From the NCBI GenBank assembly GCA_046483025.1, contig JAWODZ010000116.1, positions 4,302 to 68,301 of the forward strand: DNA of 64,000 bases. Direction: 5' to 3'. Each line of letters starts with the position of its first letter. The first letter of the stretch is position 1. Both the position numbers and the translations under genes were made by a program. Below are positions 60,051 to 64,000 of this stretch, piece after piece. This DNA comes from a bacterium (GTDB lineage Bacteria > Zhuqueibacterota > QNDG01 > CAYUAG01). The notes under the pieces were generated by a model, which had not been told where the DNA came from, searched no databases, and saw nothing but the letters and a program-made list of their open reading frames with translations.

Positions 60051-62312
60051 TTAAGTAATATGATGCAATATTTTTGATGCACATTCTTTACCACTTTCTC
60101 CCACTTCTAAAACAGGTCCGACACAGGAAGGACAGCCACCCTTACAGCTGCAGGAAATAATTAGTTCTCTGGCAGCATCCAGTAAGTCTTGATGAATGCT
60201 AAATAATTTTTTACTATATCCAACCCCTCCTGGAGTACTTTCATAAATAAAAATAGTCGGTTTCTGAGAAAGAGGAGCTCTAAGCATAGGAATGGTTCTC
60301 AGATCTCTTGGATCAGTCATCACCCAAATCGGGGCTACGTTTTCAAATACATTAGACAGTGCTGTTAAACCGCTGACTAAATTTGTCTCAGACAGGTTGA
60401 TCTTTTCAAGTAATAAATTTCCAAGTTCCCACCAATAAGAAGTGGTATGCATTGAAATCTCAGGTAAATGAATTTTTCCGGATCCTACATTTTCATGAGT
60501 ATTAAATTTTATTTTTTTATATAAAGTAGCTATGGTTGTCACACTTACTTCACCATGGGCTTTTTCCCCTCCAGGTATTGATTCTGATTCAAACTCTTCA
60601 ATTACTCTGATATTTGTTTTAGTTTGCGCATCTGTATAATAATCAACATTAACCTTTTTAACATAGGCTTTCCTGCGGTCCCAATCTAATTTATCAACAT
60701 GATACTGGATACTCTCATGTATATAAATGGCCTCATCATGAATTAGGACCGGAGCACTGAAAAGATCTACCTCTCCCACTACTCTATCTCCATCGGTTTT
60801 GTCAATAATAACTACATTATCCGGCGCAGCGCTCCTCAAACTTATTTCCTCTGCAGGATAGGTTTCGCTTGTCCAATGATACTGTCCTCCTGACTTATGC
60901 AATACACTGTGTTCTTCCAGGTATTTCAGAAGTTCATCAGTAGCATCAATGCCGAATTGTTCACCTTCCTTAAAGGGAAGTTCAAAGGCAGCACACTTAA
61001 GATGAGACAAAAGAATAATTAAATTATTGGGATCAATCACTCCCATTTCAGGAGTGCTTTCAAAAAAATATTCCGGGTGATTCATTATATACTGATCAAG
61101 AGGAGCACTAGTAGCTACCAAAACTGCACAGGATACTGAAGTACTTCTGCCAGCTCTTCCAGCCTGCTGCCAGGTAGAGGCAATGGTTCCCGGATATCCT
61201 GCCATTAAAGCTGCTGAAAGCTGCCCAATATCGATACCCAATTCCAAAGCATTGGTAGATACAACTGCTTGAATTTCACCGCTTCGTAAACCTTGCTCAA
61301 TTTTACGACGCTGATTAGGGAGGTATCCGCCTCTGTAACCACGAATCAGCGTAGAAGACTTTTTCAGTGATTTCATGGTATCTCTTAAATAGGTCAGGAG
61401 AACTTCTACCCGTAATCGGCTACGGGCAAACACTATGGTCTGAACTCCAGCCGAAAGGAATTGTCTGGCAATATTTCTTATTTCTTTTATGGAGGATTTC
61501 CTGATCCCCAGTTCCCTATTTATTATGGGCGGATTGTATAAGATAAAATGCTTTTCACCCCGGGGCGCACCATTATCATCAATAAGCTCAACTTTTTCTT
61601 CTGTTATATTCTCAAACAGTTGCTTTGGATTGGCAATAGTTGCCGAACAACCAATAAACTGAGGATCAGATCCGTAAAAGGTGCAAATTCTTTTCAGCCT
61701 GCGTATTATGTTTGCCAGATGGCTTCCAAAAACACCCCGGTAAAAATGCACTTCATCAATTACAATATACTTCAGATTACTAAAAAGATTCACCCATTTG
61801 GTATGATGAGGCATAATTCCCTGATGCAGCATATCAGGATTGGTCACCACAATATGTCCGACTCGCCGAATTGCTTTCCGTGCTGATACCGGAGTATCCC
61901 CATCAAAAGTATAGGTTTTGATATCGATTCCGAGTTGAGTGATTAGATCATGCAGTTCTGTAACCTGATCCTGGGACAGAGCTTTGGTGGGAAATAAATA
62001 TAAAGCACGTGCCTGCGGATTCTTTATAATTGATTGAATTACAGGCAAGTTATAGCATAATGTTTTTCCAGATGCTGTAGGAGTAACCACAACATAATTT
62101 TTACCCTCAAAAGCTTTTTTTAGTGCTTCAGACTGATGGCTGTATAATTTTTTTATTCCTCGTATTTGTAATGTATTGCATAATGATTGATCCAGTGACT
62201 GCGGAAAAGAAGAAAAAGAAGCTTCTTTGGCAGCCAGTACTTTCCAGGTGGTAACATTTGCCATAAACTTATTGGAATTCTTTAAGAAATCTATAGTCTG
62301 TTCAATATTCAT
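60051..62312 (-). CDS. DEXH-box helicase with a C-terminal DUF1998 Cys-cluster domain (COG1205; MrfA/YprA-like)
   Basis: Motif I TPTASGKT. Motif II DEVH. Motif VI QQAGRAGR. C-terminal SCSCKGGCPSC metal-binding cluster typical of DUF1998. 753 aa. Confidence 0.85.
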   Translation of the reverse strand: MNIEQTIDFLKNSNKFMANVTTWKVLAAKEASFSSFPQSLDQSLCNTLQIRGIKKLYSHQSEALKKAFEGKNYVVVTPTASGKTLCYNLPVIQSIIKNPQARALYLFPTKALSQDQVTELHDLITQLGIDIKTYTFDGDTPVSARKAIRRVGHIVVTNPDMLHQGIMPHHTKWVNLFSNLKYIVIDEVHFYRGVFGSHLANIIRRLKRICTFYGSDPQFIGCSATIANPKQLFENITEEKVELIDDNGAPRGEKHFILYNPPIINRELGIRKSSIKEIRNIARQFLSAGVQTIVFARSRLRVEVLLTYLRDTMKSLKKSSTLIRGYRGGYLPNQRRKIEQGLRSGEIQAVVSTNALELGIDIGQLSAALMAGYPGTIASTWQQAGRAGRSTSVSCAVLVATSAPLDQYIMNHPEYFFESTPEMGVIDPNNLIILLSHLKCAAFELPFKEGEQFGIDATDELLKYLEEHSVLHKSGGQYHWTSETYPAEEISLRSAAPDNVVIIDKTDGDRVVGEVDLFSAPVLIHDEAIYIHESIQYHVDKLDWDRRKAYVKKVNVDYYTDAQTKTNIRVIEEFESESIPGGEKAHGEVSVTTIATLYKKIKFNTHENVGSGKIHLPEISMHTTSYWWELGNLLLEKINLSETNLVSGLTALSNVFENVAPIWVMTDPRDLRTIPMLRAPLSQKPTIFIYESTPGGVGYSKKLFSIHQDLLDAARELIISCSCKGGCPSCVGPVLEVGESGKECASKILHHIT

Positions 62313-62413
62313 ATGAGCCTTTTTGGTAAATTGAGGAACAAAAATTGATTTTTTACATAAAATTAAATATAATACAAATAAGAATTAATTTCAATTATTT
62401 AAGGAGAAATTGT

Positions 62414-63244
62414 ATGAAAAATAATGTACAACAATATTTACTTGTTTCAGTATTGATAATTCTACTTTTATCTATTACTCCCCTACCAAGTTTAGCCCGG
62501 GAAAAATATAATCTCGAATATAAATTCGGCATAAACGAGCAACTTCAATACAAAACTGAAAAACTGGACAGTATCACCAGTTCCATGCCTAATGGTCAGG
62601 AAATGACCAGACAAATAACCTCATATAATTTAAAAACCTTAGCTATTCAAAATACCCCGCCTGATAACCCCTTTACAGTATCCATTACTGTTGACAGTAC
62701 CTGGTCAGAATCCGAAAATGATAATGTTCCCGGTGATCGTTCTGGCAATCGTAGAGCACGAATGTCTATAGAAAATGAAAACCAGCATTTAACCTTTAAT
62801 AAATATGGAAAATCAACCACTGATAAAGCAATTGCTTCACCTCTGATCCTGCCTCTTCCCGAAAAACCAGTGTCAATAAATGATCAATGGGATTTCAGTA
62901 TTACTACTGAAAGAAAAGGTCGCTTTCAGGGTGAAACTGCTATTACCGGAAAATGTCTTGTCTATGATATTCAGCAAAACAAAGGTGATAATATAGCTGT
63001 TATTATTGTAAATGCAGAAATAAGTGGCCAGGGAAAATTTAACATCAAAACTCAGGAGCGGGAAATTTCCGGTACCAACAGAAGTTCGGGTATCAGAAGT
63101 TCTCTGATCTATTTTAATATTGACAAGGGAAGGATTGATGAAATAGTCACAGAAGAAGAAACCGAATCAGCAACTGAAGGGTCGGCATTTTCTACTAATA
63201 TGATCCGGACTTCAAAATCTACTACCAAGTTGGTTAATAAATAA
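62414..63244 (+). CDS. Secreted hypothetical protein (start at MKNNVQQ preferred over the upstream ATG at 62345)
   Basis: AAGGAG RBS 7 nt upstream of 62414. Signal peptide LLVSVLIILLLSITPLPSLA. No family was recognised. Confidence 0.5.
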   Translation: MKNNVQQYLLVSVLIILLLSITPLPSLAREKYNLEYKFGINEQLQYKTEKLDSITSSMPNGQEMTRQITSYNLKTLAIQNTPPDNPFTVSITVDSTWSESENDNVPGDRSGNRRARMSIENENQHLTFNKYGKSTTDKAIASPLILPLPEKPVSINDQWDFSITTERKGRFQGETAITGKCLVYDIQQNKGDNIAVIIVNAEISGQGKFNIKTQEREISGTNRSSGIRSSLIYFNIDKGRIDEIVTEEETESATEGSAFSTNMIRTSKSTTKLVNK

Positions 63245-63264
63245 ATTATCAGTCTGAGATTCCT

Positions 63265-63298
63265 CCACCCTGACAGGGTCATGACCCTGTCAGGGTGG
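63265..63298. repeat. Perfect 34-nt palindrome, member of a REP-like hairpin family; likely terminator for the upstream gene
   Basis: CCACCCTGACAGGGTCAT/ATGACCCTGTCAGGGTGG lies 21 nt after the stop at 63244. Related copies are at 2601-2640 and 34577-34588. Confidence 0.7.
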
Positions 63299-63363
63299 TT
63301 TAGCAATCTCGAATCATTTTTGAGATTTTGGGGATAGGGGGAATAGCTCCTTATAATTCCAAA

Positions 63364-64000
63364 GTTAGAGATTAGACCTGACGAGACTGTCGAAAAACTC
63401 GCTATTGTTGCTATAAATTTGTATATTATAACATAATCACAAATTGACTGTATCACTCTTTTTGAAAGGAAATTTATGGCACGGTATAAGCCGTATAACT
63501 ATACTCAATTGAGAATGATTCCTGTAAGTCTTGAACAACAGCTTGTTTCCGGTACATTAGAGCATACCATCCATATGGTCGTTGAACATGAAATTGACAT
63601 ATCTATTTTTGATCCGCAATACAACAATGATGAGACTGGTTGTAGAGCGTATAATCCTAAAAGTCTTCTTAAAGTCATACTCATGGGATTTGCACGAGGG
63701 ATGTTAGGATCGAGAAAGATAGAACGAGCCTGCCATGAAAATATTATTTTTATGGCTTTAGCCTGTGGACAGGTACCGGATCATTCCACCATTGCTGCTT
63801 TTGTCACAACGATGAAGAAAGAAATACTTCTTGTATTTCAAAGAGTACTACTTATCTGTGATCGCATGAATCTCATTGGCGGAACCACTTTTGCCATAGA
63901 CGGGGTTAAACTTCCGGGCAATGCATCCAAACAAATGAGTGGAACATTTGCTGAGTTAGCGGAAAAAAAGAAGAAGTTTGAAGCCCGTATTGCAAAGATG
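63364..64000 (+). mobile_element. IS1182-family (IS5/IS1182 superfamily) insertion sequence, left end and 5' part of the transposase; continues beyond the window
   Basis: Terminal repeat core GAGACTGTCGAAAAACTCGC at 63384-63403, shared with the MITE at 44562-44701. The transposase ORF begins at 63476. Confidence 0.5.
63476..64000 (+). CDS. IS1182-family transposase, N-terminal (DUF772) region; partial, runs off the window end
   Basis: Manual translation gives MARYKPYNYTQLRMIPVSLEQQL...YNPKSLLKVILMGFARGMLGSRKIERACHENIIFMALACGQVPDHSTIAAF, matching the conserved DUF772 N-terminal transposase block (Y.P..LLK.LL..Y..G..S.R.IE..C..N..F.WL.GG..PDH.TI..FR). AAAGGA RBS. No stop before position 64000. 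Confidence 0.8.
   Translation, partial: MARYKPYNYTQLRMIPVSLEQQLVSGTLEHTIHMVVEHEIDISIFDPQYNNDETGCRAYNPKSLLKVILMGFARGMLGSRKIERACHENIIFMALACGQVPDHSTIAAFVTTMKKEILLVFQRVLLICDRMNLIGGTTFAIDGVKLPGNASKQMSGTFAELAEKKKKFEARIAKM

Noticed and set aside
60051-62312. Helicase plus DUF1998 as a DISARM-like anti-phage module
   Set aside because: In DISARM the helicase and DUF1998 domains sit on separate proteins and come with a PLD-nuclease and methyltransferases. Here they are fused in a single COG1205-type protein, with no such neighbours. The housekeeping MrfA/YprA-like interpretation is favoured.
62345-62413. Upstream extension of the 62345-63244 ORF (MIFYIKLNIIQIRINFNYLRRNC)
   Set aside because: The extension has no RBS and is encoded by the AT-rich divergent promoter region. 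An AAGGAG RBS and a signal peptide begin at the internal Met at 62414.
1-64000. CRISPR arrays, rRNA and tRNA genes
   Set aside because: - No regularly spaced direct repeats of CRISPR type were seen.
- No long GC-rich conserved rRNA-like stretches were seen.
- The few GC-rich intergenic patches (34790-34990, 44540-44830, 63265-63360) resolve into palindromes or IS ends rather than cloverleaf-compatible tRNA sequences.
- tRNAs cannot be strictly excluded without a covariance-model scan.

Overview
Low-GC (roughly one-third GC) bacterial chromosomal window, densely coding, organised in long co-directional gene arrays. The organism looks like an anaerobic diderm related to the FCB group, but uses Shine-Dalgarno sites (AAGGAG) and some GTG/TTG starts; no finer assignment is possible from sequence alone.

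Gene content by region:
- 1-20975, minus strand: one operon-like array. It encodes a two-permease ABC transporter, a MEMO1-like protein, a DRG-family GTPase, a 1054-aa TPR/NHL protein, an ExbB-ExbD-ExbD motor set with a TonB-position protein, a FadL/PorV-like barrel fused to TPR, and two proteins with T9SS-type C-terminal sorting domains, one of them 1517 aa.
- 21133-34541, plus strand: housekeeping genes (DUF374, mazG, rpiB, glyA, dCMP deaminase, nrdR), then rnfCDGEA with no rnfB, then tatC.
- 36340-44535: an EF-G paralog translationally coupled to a small RecA/DnaB-C-like ATPase, nikR, an OmpR/HisKA two-component pair and an MFS transporter.
- 44536-46059: mosaic non-coding region. It holds a ~160-bp MITE-like element whose terminal inverted repeats match the left end of the IS1182-family insertion at 63364+, a perfect 31-nt palindrome, and a GC-rich 5'-truncated gene fragment with a T9SS C-terminal domain.
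- 46060-59853, minus strand: ~14-kb chemotaxis/phosphorelay supercluster. Genes are cheY, a CheW with a poly-Lys tail, CheR-TPR, cheW, an MCP, a standalone Hpt protein, a CheA-REC fusion, cheB, a 1303-aa hybrid kinase (REC-GAF-GAF-HK-REC(D->E)-REC-REC-Hpt) and a REC/ATPase-like protein.
- 60051-64000: a COG1205 DEXH helicase with a DUF1998 Cys cluster, a secreted hypothetical protein, and a 5' partial IS1182-family transposase at the window end.

A REP-like hairpin motif (CCCTGACAGGGT/ACCCTGTCAG(A/G)G) recurs at three gene ends. No rRNA, tRNA or CRISPR array was recognised by eye.

Most worth a second look:
- the bacterial DRG-GTPase plus MEMO1-like pair at the end of the Exb/T9SS-cargo array;
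- the EF-G paralog plus RecA-like ATPase pair;
- the MITE/fragment mosaic at 44.5-46 kb;
- the atypical chemotaxis architectures.
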